Source: Rickettsiales bacterium (GTDB lineage: Bacteria > Pseudomonadota > Alphaproteobacteria > UBA8366). From it: 64,000 bases of DNA. Positions 38,479 through 47,224 of the stretch are shown one piece after another (the stretch's first letter is position 1; each line of letters starts with the position of its first letter). The stretch spans positions 16,229 through 80,228 of the forward strand of contig PBOZ01000039.1 of the NCBI GenBank assembly GCA_002724555.1, given 5' to 3'. The notes beneath the pieces were generated by a model, which was given only the letters and a program-made list of their open reading frames with translations, ran no database searches and had not been told where the DNA came from. A program made the translations under genes and the position numbers.

Positions 38479-39097
38479 CTTCGAGTTTGAGGATCAAAGT
38501 CTTAACCCGGTTGCCGGATTTGACGAAGCGGGACGTGGACCATGGGCCGGGCCAGTCGTCGCTAGCGCTGTTATACTACCACGCAATGCAATGCCAGCGT
38601 CCCTTGCAGCCGGGCTTGATGATTCAAAGAAAATCAAGAAAGAAAAACGTGAGGAGCTTTTCGCCCATTTGAGAGCGATCGCTGATATTGGAATCGGCAT
38701 CGCATCACCTACAGAAATCGACGAATTCAATATTTTACAGGCCACAATGCTCGCCATGCAGCGCGCAGCGGACGAGCTTACTATTACGCCCAAGTCTGCA
38801 TTGATAGATGGAAATCGTGCGCCCAATATTCCCTTTGCAGTCAAAACAATTGTGAGAGGCGACGGTCAGTCATTATCAATCGCTGCCGCATCAATTGTGG
38901 CGAAGGTGACGCGGGATCGTATTATGGTCGACCTCTCAAATAAGTATCCGGAGTACGGCTGGGATAGAAACGCCGGTTACGGTACAAAGGAGCATCACAA
39001 TGCTCTTTTACAATTCGGCGTTACGCCAGAACATCGGCAAACTTTCACCCCTATCCGAAAGTTACTCACAATATCTAGTAAGTATCTAACCTCTTAA
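38471..39097 (+). CDS. rnhB: Ribonuclease HII
   Basis: GFDEAGRGPWAGPVVASAV catalytic motif and DDSKK motif. ATG 38471 overlaps the antiporter stop by 8 nt. The track start at 38363 is inside the previous gene. Confidence 0.9.
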   Translation: MPDFEFEDQSLNPVAGFDEAGRGPWAGPVVASAVILPRNAMPASLAAGLDDSKKIKKEKREELFAHLRAIADIGIGIASPTEIDEFNILQATMLAMQRAADELTITPKSALIDGNRAPNIPFAVKTIVRGDGQSLSIAAASIVAKVTRDRIMVDLSNKYPEYGWDRNAGYGTKEHHNALLQFGVTPEHRQTFTPIRKLLTISSKYLTS

Positions 39098-39182
39098 ATC
39101 AATATATAGAATTTCATGACAGATCAATAATAGGCAAATTCTTCATATTGACGCTATGAATATAATGAATCATGTTTAATAC

Positions 39183-40280
39183 ATGAATATTAAAAATAAT
39201 TACTTAGGAGTACTTCCGGAAAACGAAATTTTATTGGGCGACTCTCTTGAATTGCTCGCTTCGTTGCCGGACCGCTCCGTCGATATGGTCTTTGCGGACC
39301 CGCCTTACAATTTGCAACTTACCGGTGAGTTAAGGCGTCCGAACGACAGTCGGGTCGACGGTGTGGCAGAGGATTGGGACAAGTTTGACGGCTTCAATGC
39401 CTACGACCAGTTCACCTGGAATTGGCTCGACGAGTGCAGACGCGTCCTGAAGGATGATGGAACACTTTGGGTCATCGGAAGTTACCATAATATCTTTCGT
39501 GTTGGCGCGACCTTGCAGGACCTCGGTTACTGGATTCTCAACGATATCGTCTGGGTCAAAACCAATCCGATGCCTAATTTCCGAGGTAGGCGGTTTACCA
39601 ACGCTCACGAGACATTGATATGGTGCGCGCGTTCAGCTGACTCGAAGTATACTTTCAACTACGAAGCCATGAAGGCCCTTAACGAGGACCTGCAGATGAG
39701 GAGCGACTGGGTTATGCCGATCTGCACTGGTCAAGAGCGCCTAAAAAATCGTGACGGTGAGAAAGCACACCCAACCCAAAAACCTGAAGGTCTTCTGCAC
39801 CGCGCTATTCTAGCCGCAACACAACCAGGTGATATCGTCCTCGATCCATTCTTCGGGACCGGCACCACTGGCGCCGTTGCGAAGAAGCTTGGTCGCAAAT
39901 ATTTGGGTCTCGAGCGTAAGAAGGAGTATGTAACGGTCGCCCGCAATCGTCTCGATCACATCCCATTACCCGGCGATATTAGTTTGCTGCAAACTCCGTC
40001 TAAGCGGAAAGAACCGCGGATACCCTTTGGCTGGCTTGTCGAACGCGGCTTTTTAGAACCCGGCACGGTTCTGCACAGCCATTGTCGTCGCTGGACCGCT
40101 AAGGTCCGTGCCGACGGCACTTTGATTACGGCCGACCACCGTGGCTCAATCCATCAGGTGGGCGCCGCCGTCCAAGGCGCTGCGAGCTGCAACGGGTGGA
40201 CCTTCTGGCATTTACCAGGAGATGGCCGTGACGTACCCATCGATTTACTGCGTCAAAAACTCCGCGCGGAGATGGATTAA
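39183..40280 (+). CDS. ccrM: CcrM-type N6-adenine DNA methyltransferase (GANTC-specific family)
   Basis: Beta-class motif order: FADPPYN first, then FFGTGTTGAVAKKLGRKYLGLE. The CcrM-like C-terminal domain (RIPFGWLVERG...) is present and the 365-aa length fits. Confidence 0.9.
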   Translation: MNIKNNYLGVLPENEILLGDSLELLASLPDRSVDMVFADPPYNLQLTGELRRPNDSRVDGVAEDWDKFDGFNAYDQFTWNWLDECRRVLKDDGTLWVIGSYHNIFRVGATLQDLGYWILNDIVWVKTNPMPNFRGRRFTNAHETLIWCARSADSKYTFNYEAMKALNEDLQMRSDWVMPICTGQERLKNRDGEKAHPTQKPEGLLHRAILAATQPGDIVLDPFFGTGTTGAVAKKLGRKYLGLERKKEYVTVARNRLDHIPLPGDISLLQTPSKRKEPRIPFGWLVERGFLEPGTVLHSHCRRWTAKVRADGTLITADHRGSIHQVGAAVQGAASCNGWTFWHLPGDGRDVPIDLLRQKLRAEMD

Positions 40281-40397
40281 CTATCCCAATATGAATTGAG
40301 CTGAAACACTACCGTTGCCCATAGGCCAAGCCGCGGTACATTAATTCTAAACTATTTGTCATGTGATGGTTTCGCCCGAAGGGAGCTTTGCGTAATT

Positions 40398-41543
40398 ATG
40401 CAATACAATCGCGTTTCTGCTGACTGCCATTTGGATATGCCTTGGATGCCGCCTGAGCTCTTCGTCTCCGCAGCCTCTAGCGAGATGAAGGACCGTATGC
40501 CTTATGTGGAAGACGGCCCAGATGGCCCGCAATGGGTTACCAAGAGGGGGGCAAATTTTGGCCTTTTAAACGGCGTCGGCCCGGGTGGCCAAAAACTCAT
40601 TCCAGGCCAAAATAAACGGGTCGATATTATGGCTAAGACGGGCATGTTCGAAGACGGTAAAAAGGGTATCCAGCGCGTTTCCGACCCTCATATGCGGCGA
40701 AAGGAGATGGAACGTGACGGGGTCGATGCGGAAGTTATTTTTGGCATTCTAGGCTCCGCATCAAAAATGCAGGACCCCGAAGCTGCAATTCATATGTTCC
40801 GAATATACAATGACTGGCTGGTGGAATTCTGTAGCCACTATCCCGGGCAGCATATTGGTCTCGCGTGTCTGCCGTATGGCGACATTGACGCGGCTGTCAA
40901 GGAAATTCACCGCTGCGCGAAGATGGGTTTGCGTGGGCTAGAGCTTTCGTGCTCTTGGGATATGGAACCTATGTGGCATCCCTGCTGGGACCCTTTATGG
41001 GAGGCAGTAAACGAAGTCGAACTACCACTCCATTTCCATACATTCCCAACCACCGACCCGAAAGCTCGCGAACAAGCTTCAGGGAAAGTTCGCCGCGCTG
41101 CAATGTTTACCGGTGTTGCCGCATTCCAAATGGGGCTGATCCACATTGTTGCGGCAATGATCGGCGCCGGGGTTTTCGACCGCTATCCGAAACTCAAAAT
41201 ATCGCTCGGCGAAAGCGGTGTTGGTTGGCTGCCTTACGCGCTGGACCGTATGGACTTTGAGTTCGAAGACCGCTTTCGTGATCTTATGAAGAAAAAACCA
41301 TCCGAATATTGGCAAGCTCACTGTAAAGCGACATTCCAATATGACGTCATTGGACCAATGCTTTTAAACACCAACAACTTGCTTACAGAAAATACACTTA
41401 TGTGGGGGTCCGATTATCCGCACACAGATGGCATTTGGCCGGAGTCGACGAAATATATCGCGGAGCAATTCGCAGGATTGACCGATTCTCAGATCAAGAA
41501 GATTACCTGCGAAAACGCGGTAGAGTTCTACAAGTTAAATTAA
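40398..41543 (+). CDS. Amidohydrolase-2 family protein (ACMSD-like metal-dependent hydrolase/decarboxylase)
   Basis: VSADCHLD metal-binding start, an internal HFH motif, and WGSDYPHTDG near the C-terminus. The ATG at 40398 is preferred to the TTG at 40356. Confidence 0.8.
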   Translation: MQYNRVSADCHLDMPWMPPELFVSAASSEMKDRMPYVEDGPDGPQWVTKRGANFGLLNGVGPGGQKLIPGQNKRVDIMAKTGMFEDGKKGIQRVSDPHMRRKEMERDGVDAEVIFGILGSASKMQDPEAAIHMFRIYNDWLVEFCSHYPGQHIGLACLPYGDIDAAVKEIHRCAKMGLRGLELSCSWDMEPMWHPCWDPLWEAVNEVELPLHFHTFPTTDPKAREQASGKVRRAAMFTGVAAFQMGLIHIVAAMIGAGVFDRYPKLKISLGESGVGWLPYALDRMDFEFEDRFRDLMKKKPSEYWQAHCKATFQYDVIGPMLLNTNNLLTENTLMWGSDYPHTDGIWPESTKYIAEQFAGLTDSQIKKITCENAVEFYKLN

Positions 41544-41603
41544 ACCTTAACGTTGGAGTCCGAACTGCAAACGTCTCTAGGGTTAAACGTCATTGAGTGC
41601 GTT

Positions 41604-42545
41604 TTAACATCCACCACTAATTTTCGGCATAATCTTATCCGCTAGAATATCGAATTGCCGGTTCTGCTCCACTATGCTGAACTCTGGATAGCGGAAGATG
41701 ATTGAACGGTAACCGTGATCCCGCAGGCGTTTCATGTCGTCCGTGATATCTTGAACGCTGCCTGTACCCATTTTCCGCTTTCCCTGAAGGTCAGGCTGTT
41801 CCTGGCCAATCGATATAAAGAGTTTATGACAGAGCCAAAGGTCGTCGAGACTGCGGCCGTTTCTTTCACAAAGCTGTGACAATTTTTCGAGGCGCAATGG
41901 AATATCTCTAGAATTGAGTGAAACAGATATCCAACCGTCACCTTTCTCGGCAACTCGCCGCAGAGCACGATTCGAGACGCCTCCGATCAGTACCGGCGGA
42001 TGGGGTCGCTGCACCGATTCTGGATAACAATATACGGGATCAAAACAATAGTGTTCACCATTGTGAAACACTGTGCCGCCGGCTGATACCTTTTTAAAAA
42101 TATCTATATACTCGTCGGTAACAGTTCCCCGAACCGCGAATTCTGCTGTCTTTAACGCTTTGAATTCTTCCTCCATCCAGCCGCTACCAACGCCTAGGAC
42201 CATTCGCCCATTTGAAAACGCATCGTAGGTCGCCAGCATGCGACCCAGCAAAACTGGGTTGCGATATGGCATCACAAGAACGGCAGTTCCTATTTTAAGA
42301 TTCTTTGTCACACCGGTAAGGACGCCCATCGCAGCAATAGGTTCCAAGATCGGGTCGGTATCTGGTGCGGGAAATGAGCCATCTAAACTATAAGGATAGC
42401 GTGATTTAACTTTGACGGGGAACACGACATGATCAGCGAGCCAAATCGAACTATAGTTCCGTTCCTCAGCAAATTTCGCAAGGTTGATCACATTTTCGGG
42501 GATCGCCAAAGCACCATATATTCCAACATCAATGCCAACTTCCAT
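41604..42545 (-). CDS. LLM-class F420-type/flavin oxidoreductase (TIGR03619-like)
   Basis: ADHVVFP...VGSGWMEEEFKAL...RPHPPVLIGG. It is a paralog of the partial gene at 1-695. GAGG RBS precedes ATG 42545. Confidence 0.85.
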   Translation of the reverse strand: MEVGIDVGIYGALAIPENVINLAKFAEERNYSSIWLADHVVFPVKVKSRYPYSLDGSFPAPDTDPILEPIAAMGVLTGVTKNLKIGTAVLVMPYRNPVLLGRMLATYDAFSNGRMVLGVGSGWMEEEFKALKTAEFAVRGTVTDEYIDIFKKVSAGGTVFHNGEHYCFDPVYCYPESVQRPHPPVLIGGVSNRALRRVAEKGDGWISVSLNSRDIPLRLEKLSQLCERNGRSLDDLWLCHKLFISIGQEQPDLQGKRKMGTGSVQDITDDMKRLRDHGYRSIIFRYPEFSIVEQNRQFDILADKIMPKISGGC

Positions 42546-42624
42546 TTTGACCTCTTCCCCAAGCACGATACCTGTTAACCGTAATAACTTTATATCTGGC
42601 TCGCCATTCTGTTAGACTGGCTTA

Positions 42625-43770
42625 ATGACCCAGAAAAAGACCAATAAAATAAAAACTGCCTTCGAACAGGTTGCGGAACAACCTTTAATGCTAGGCCTCT
42701 TCATGCCGCATCAAGAAGGGGCTTGGAGCCCATCAAAAGCGCCGCGAAGAACGTCGTGGAGTTTCGAATATAACGCGAAATGCGCCCGCAAGGCCGATCG
42801 TCTCGGCTTTGACATTCTTTTTGCCTTGGCACAGTGGATGGGTAAGGGCGGTTACGGTGGAGACATTAATTTTCGCGAAAATGCCATAGATCCCTTTATT
42901 TCTTCTGCAGGACTGGCGCCGATTACCAAAAAAGCCTTGTTGATCGCAACCGTACACATTCTTTACGGCTGGCATCCATTACACCTAGCGAAGTATGGGG
43001 CCGTCATAGATCATATGAGCGGTGGTCGTTGGGGCTTAAATGTCGTCACAGGCTATAAGGAAAGCGAATTTCGGATGTTCGGGCTCGACCCCATCGCGCA
43101 TGATAAGCGATACGAAATGGCTTCTGAATTTACGACAATCATGCAACGCCTTTGGTCAGAGGACGAGGAACTAAACTTTAATGGCAAATGGTGGCAAACC
43201 AATGGCGCCTATGTAGCACCAAAACCCGTTAACCGCTCTATAATCATGGTCAACGCAGGATCCTCGCCGGCCGGTATCAATTATGCTACCGACCACTCAG
43301 ATATCATTTTTGTCACTAGCCCCGGGGGCGCCGATCCAAAGGATGCATGCCAGACCCTGCCAGCTCATATTAAAAAAATTCGCAATTCAGCACGCGAGAA
43401 AAAACGTCGCATTAAAATAATGATAAACCCACATGTCATTTGCCGCGACACTGAAGAAGAGGCCTGGGCGCAATATCATCGAATCTTGAATCAAGCCGAT
43501 CCCATCGCCCTAGAGAATTTTGTAGCTACCTTCATGGGCGGTGATCAAAGTTCATGGAAGGGGCACTCAAAAAATAACTGGGCCGTCGGCGGCAATGTCC
43601 ATCTCGTTGGCACACCTGAACAAATTGTCGACTGGTTCATTAAGTTAAAGAAAGCCGGTTGCGACGGTATGCAGATCAACTTTTTTGATTTTCTACCTGA
43701 CCTCGACTTTTTTGGTAAGCGAGTCATACCGCTCCTATACCAAGCAGGCCTGCGGATCCAAAACTCCTAA
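42625..43770 (+). CDS. LLM-class flavin-dependent monooxygenase (SfnG/RutA-like)
   Basis: GLFMPHQEGAWSPS...ILYGWHPLHLAKYGAVIDHMSGGRWGLNVVTGY resembles the dimethylsulfone-monooxygenase-type luciferase-like branch. Confidence 0.83.
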   Translation: MTQKKTNKIKTAFEQVAEQPLMLGLFMPHQEGAWSPSKAPRRTSWSFEYNAKCARKADRLGFDILFALAQWMGKGGYGGDINFRENAIDPFISSAGLAPITKKALLIATVHILYGWHPLHLAKYGAVIDHMSGGRWGLNVVTGYKESEFRMFGLDPIAHDKRYEMASEFTTIMQRLWSEDEELNFNGKWWQTNGAYVAPKPVNRSIIMVNAGSSPAGINYATDHSDIIFVTSPGGADPKDACQTLPAHIKKIRNSAREKKRRIKIMINPHVICRDTEEEAWAQYHRILNQADPIALENFVATFMGGDQSSWKGHSKNNWAVGGNVHLVGTPEQIVDWFIKLKKAGCDGMQINFFDFLPDLDFFGKRVIPLLYQAGLRIQNS

Positions 43771-44774
43771 TAATCAAATACCCAGAACGGATCATCATCG
43801 TGTGAGGGTAGATGGTGAAGCCTATCATCCTTCCTTGGATGGTAAAACTCAACGGCGAGACCATCTGGATCATATACAATAGCACTAATTTTATGCCCGG
43901 CATCGATCACAGATGCCACATTGATACCTTTTTCATCCGCTTTCAAAATCGACGTCTTTAAGTCATTCTCGTCTTCTACCAGGAGTGAAAACCCGACAAG
44001 GCCCGGGCGCGCAACAGTTTCTGCAGATACAATAAGAAGATCATACGCTGACACCGCAGCGCAATACGCCGCGACACCATCCGCTTGTTCAATCTGAGTA
44101 AGACCTGCAACAGTAGTCAGGAAAGCGTCGCTGTGTCCTAGGTTTTCGACCGCAATAACGGCCCGGGACACGCAACGGGCGTGGAAAAGGGCCGATTCCA
44201 CGCGCCTTTTATCTTCCCTATCAGGCCGCCGTGGGCCGAGTGGCGCTTCTATGTTCTGCCAATCCCAGTCCGCTGTGACCAAATCTTCACGATCTGTATT
44301 GAATATGGAACGCCAGTCCTCAGTCACATCGGCGTAAAACTCGTGATAAATACCTTCTGGGTCTTCAATATAAGCACTGTGCGAAATCAAATGATCAGCG
44401 CTAAATTTGATTTCCAGACCGTTTGCAGTACCCGCTTTTAATTTCTCAATTAGGACCGTTTCACTGTGCATTTCCCAAGCCAAGTGATTAAGTCCTGGCA
44501 TTTCACCGCGGAAACTAGACGCCTGCACATAATCATCGCGCCCTTTTCGTACTGCGCCGCCTCTACATTGCATGAGTGCTACATCGTGGTGGGTATTACC
44601 ATTAGAAAAGAAGATTGCCTCGATTGTGGGTTCTCGCCGAACCAGCTCGACCCCCGCAATGTTTGTATAAAACTCAGTCGAAACACCGAGATCGCTAACA
44701 TAAAGGTTTACATGCCCCAATCGTCGCGGTTTAAAGTTTACCTTTGGCAGATCATATGTTGATAGGCTGTCCAT
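43767..44774 (-). CDS. Two-domain VOC-superfamily protein (extradiol-dioxygenase-like)
   Basis: 335 aa with two glyoxalase/dioxygenase-like halves (RLGHVNLYVSDLGVSTEFY; GLNHLAWEM; EDPEGIYHEFY). Its 3' end overlaps the convergent upstream gene by 4 nt. Confidence 0.78.
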   Translation of the reverse strand: MDSLSTYDLPKVNFKPRRLGHVNLYVSDLGVSTEFYTNIAGVELVRREPTIEAIFFSNGNTHHDVALMQCRGGAVRKGRDDYVQASSFRGEMPGLNHLAWEMHSETVLIEKLKAGTANGLEIKFSADHLISHSAYIEDPEGIYHEFYADVTEDWRSIFNTDREDLVTADWDWQNIEAPLGPRRPDREDKRRVESALFHARCVSRAVIAVENLGHSDAFLTTVAGLTQIEQADGVAAYCAAVSAYDLLIVSAETVARPGLVGFSLLVEDENDLKTSILKADEKGINVASVIDAGHKISAIVYDPDGLAVEFYHPRKDDRLHHLPSHDDDPFWVFDY

Positions 44775-44825
44775 CGCGCCGCTCTCAATCCAAATTTATG
44801 TTATATCAAATTCTAACCCATAACC

Positions 44826-45890
44826 CTATTCAATACGAAGGACCATTTTCGCAACCTTCTTCATAATAGTTGGAAACGCATAGTCTGAGAACGAATTGAT
44901 GGGACACCAGAGCATACCCTCTGGTGTCGGTGTTTCTGCGGCAACCAGACCTTTTAACACTCTTAATTCCAGCTCGAAATGCGTGAATCTGTGACGCACT
45001 AAGTCAGATGCGACCGACCATTGTGTAGCTGCAAGAGGGGCAAGCCGGGAGACACTTGGGATATCCTCTATTTCTGAACCCTCATGCCATTCCGTTGATG
45101 GAAATTCCATCATGCCGCCCAATAAACCACTCTCAGGTCGACGTCCGATGAGGACTGAACCATCCGGCCGTTCTATCCAAAAAACTACACCGCGACGCCT
45201 CGGAATTTCTTTTTTCAGGCCGCGTGTCGGCAGGTTTTCCGCGATATCACGTCCTCGGCAATTGTCCACCCACGGGCAAATCGTACATTTAGGGCGTCGT
45301 GGCACGCAAATCGTCGCTCCCAAATCCATAACCGCCTGCGCGTAATCACCCGGTCGCTCATTTGGTGTCAATATATCAGCGAGTTGGCGCAAAATTGGCT
45401 TTGCATTGGGAAGTGGGGCTGTCTCTCGGAACATACGTGCCATGACCCGTTCGACATTGCCATCTACAACGACCGCTCGTTTATTGAAGGCGATTGCACG
45501 GATTGCCGCAGCTGTATAGGGCCCAATGCCCGGAAGCGAAAGGAGCCTCTTTTCCTCCTCTGGAAAACGACCTCCATATTCGGACACCACAATATGGGCA
45601 CATTTGTGAAGATTCCGCGCCCGCGCATAATAACCAAGCCCTTGCCAGCAATGTAGGACGTTATCAAGATCCGCCGCTGCTAAATCGCCAATCGTCGGCC
45701 ATCTCGAGAGAAATTCGGTGAAATACGGGCCCACAGTCGCCACTGTTGTTTGCTGTAACATAATTTCGCTTAGCCACACAGCGTATGGATCAATGCGTTG
45801 GCCAGGCAAAGGGCGCCAAGGCATTGACCGGCGATGACAATCATACCAATCAAGAATTTCTTTTGCGCGGGTGGCATCGCTGTGGTTCAT
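44826..45890 (-). CDS. mutY: A/G-specific adenine DNA glycosylase
   Basis: HhH-GPD region LPGIGPYTAAAI, 4Fe-4S loop CVPRRPKCTICPWVDNC, and a C-terminal NUDIX-like domain. The ATG at 45890 is preferred over the GTG at 45953, which would overlap the divergent gene. Confidence 0.88.
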   Translation of the reverse strand: MNHSDATRAKEILDWYDCHRRSMPWRPLPGQRIDPYAVWLSEIMLQQTTVATVGPYFTEFLSRWPTIGDLAAADLDNVLHCWQGLGYYARARNLHKCAHIVVSEYGGRFPEEEKRLLSLPGIGPYTAAAIRAIAFNKRAVVVDGNVERVMARMFRETAPLPNAKPILRQLADILTPNERPGDYAQAVMDLGATICVPRRPKCTICPWVDNCRGRDIAENLPTRGLKKEIPRRRGVVFWIERPDGSVLIGRRPESGLLGGMMEFPSTEWHEGSEIEDIPSVSRLAPLAATQWSVASDLVRHRFTHFELELRVLKGLVAAETPTPEGMLWCPINSFSDYAFPTIMKKVAKMVLRIE

Positions 45891-45929
45891 CGGGTTACTA
45901 TAATTTACTTTTGCGGAAGGGCTAGAAAT

Positions 45930-46457
45930 TTGGTCGAAGACAACCAAGGACACAACAAATCAAAGAAAAGGCGTGGCGGCCCACCACAGGCAATCGCCGG
46001 CCACGTCCCTGCCCTGACGCGCAAAGCACTTGGGAAACGAGGTCTTGCGGAAGCAAATATCTTGGCCGATTGGCCAACAATTGTTGGCACCGAAAAAGCG
46101 GAAATCTGCCAACCCGATCGCCTCACGTTCCCGCGCGGCGAACGGCGGGACGGCACCCTTCATCTAAGGGTGGCGCCAGTCGCTGCACTGGAGCTCCAAC
46201 ATGATACACTCCGGCTCATTGAACGCGTTAACAGCTATTTCGGCTACGCCGCCGTCACAAAGCTCCGACTCGTTCAAACGCCGCTAAAAAACCGCAAACC
46301 AACGCATCCATCCCGCCCGCAAATGGGCCCCGATCGGGTGCAATTATCTCAATTAGCGGACCGCCTCGAAGCAGTCAAAGACCCAGAAATGCGCCAAACG
46401 TTAAATCGATTGGGAATCGCGATTCTCTCCGAGTCGGGCAAATCTGCGAAAAATTGA
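45930..46457 (+). CDS. DUF721 (DciA-like) domain protein
   Basis: ILADWPTIVG...LTF......GTLHLRVAPVAALELQH....LIERVNSYFGY is typical of DUF721. The proposed TTG start at 45930 has a GGAAGGG RBS. The start is uncertain. Confidence 0.65.
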   Translation: MVEDNQGHNKSKKRRGGPPQAIAGHVPALTRKALGKRGLAEANILADWPTIVGTEKAEICQPDRLTFPRGERRDGTLHLRVAPVAALELQHDTLRLIERVNSYFGYAAVTKLRLVQTPLKNRKPTHPSRPQMGPDRVQLSQLADRLEAVKDPEMRQTLNRLGIAILSESGKSAKN

Positions 46458-46573
46458 GTGCCCCTTAGCCTTGAAACTGTCATATTCGCATACTTATACT
46501 CATGTCTAATTTTTTGGGCTACGTGGCCCAATCACAACTAACCAAACCCCGCCCGGATTTCCAGGAGAATGGT

Positions 46574-47179
46574 GTGAAGAAAATTCTGTTACCAACTTTT
46601 CTTTCGGTTGTAATACTCATTTCTTTTGATACATCGGCCGCAGCACCAACCACCGAGGAAGCGCTCCAAGACCGTATTCTCGGCGACCCGAATGCACCAA
46701 TCACGATGATTGAATATTCTTCTTTAACCTGTTCGCACTGCCGGCAGTTTCACGAGGAAATACTGCCAAAAATAAAGAAAAATTATATCGATACAGGTAA
46801 AGTAAAATTGATTTTTCGGGACTTTCCCTTTGACAAGTTGGGTCTTCTCGCAACCGTTTTAGCCCGCTGCGCTCCTCCCGAACGTTACTTCGGATTTCTT
46901 GATGTCCTGTTCCGGAAACAACAAGCTTGGAGCCGCAGTCAAGATCCCTTTGGCGAGCTTGCCAGGATTGGAAAACTCGGTGGATTGAACCCATCGGATT
47001 ACGAAACGTGCTTGAAAAATCAAGCATTGATCGACGGGTTAATAGAAAAGCGACTTGAAGGTCAGAAGAATTTTGATGTAAAGGCAACGCCATCCTTTAT
47101 CATCAACGGTGACCATAAGATTGTCGGATCTCAGCCTTATGAAGAATTCGAAAAAATATTCTCCCAAAAGGCCAAGTGA
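46574..47179 (+). CDS. DsbA-family thiol:disulfide oxidoreductase
   Basis: Signal-like N-terminus and active site YSSLTCSHCRQFH. The GTG at 46574 follows AGGAG by 6 nt. The track ATG is at 46502. Confidence 0.8.
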   Translation: MKKILLPTFLSVVILISFDTSAAAPTTEEALQDRILGDPNAPITMIEYSSLTCSHCRQFHEEILPKIKKNYIDTGKVKLIFRDFPFDKLGLLATVLARCAPPERYFGFLDVLFRKQQAWSRSQDPFGELARIGKLGGLNPSDYETCLKNQALIDGLIEKRLEGQKNFDVKATPSFIINGDHKIVGSQPYEEFEKIFSQKAK

Positions 47180-47224
47180 CGAAGATCTGGTCCAAACGTC
47201 GCCCAAACGATCGTCACGGTCCAA

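Noticed and set aside
39176-39193. Two TTAA half-sites near the ccrM start, considered as a CtrA box.
   Set aside because: The spacing is 10 nt rather than the canonical 7 nt, so it does not fit TTAA-N7-TTAA.
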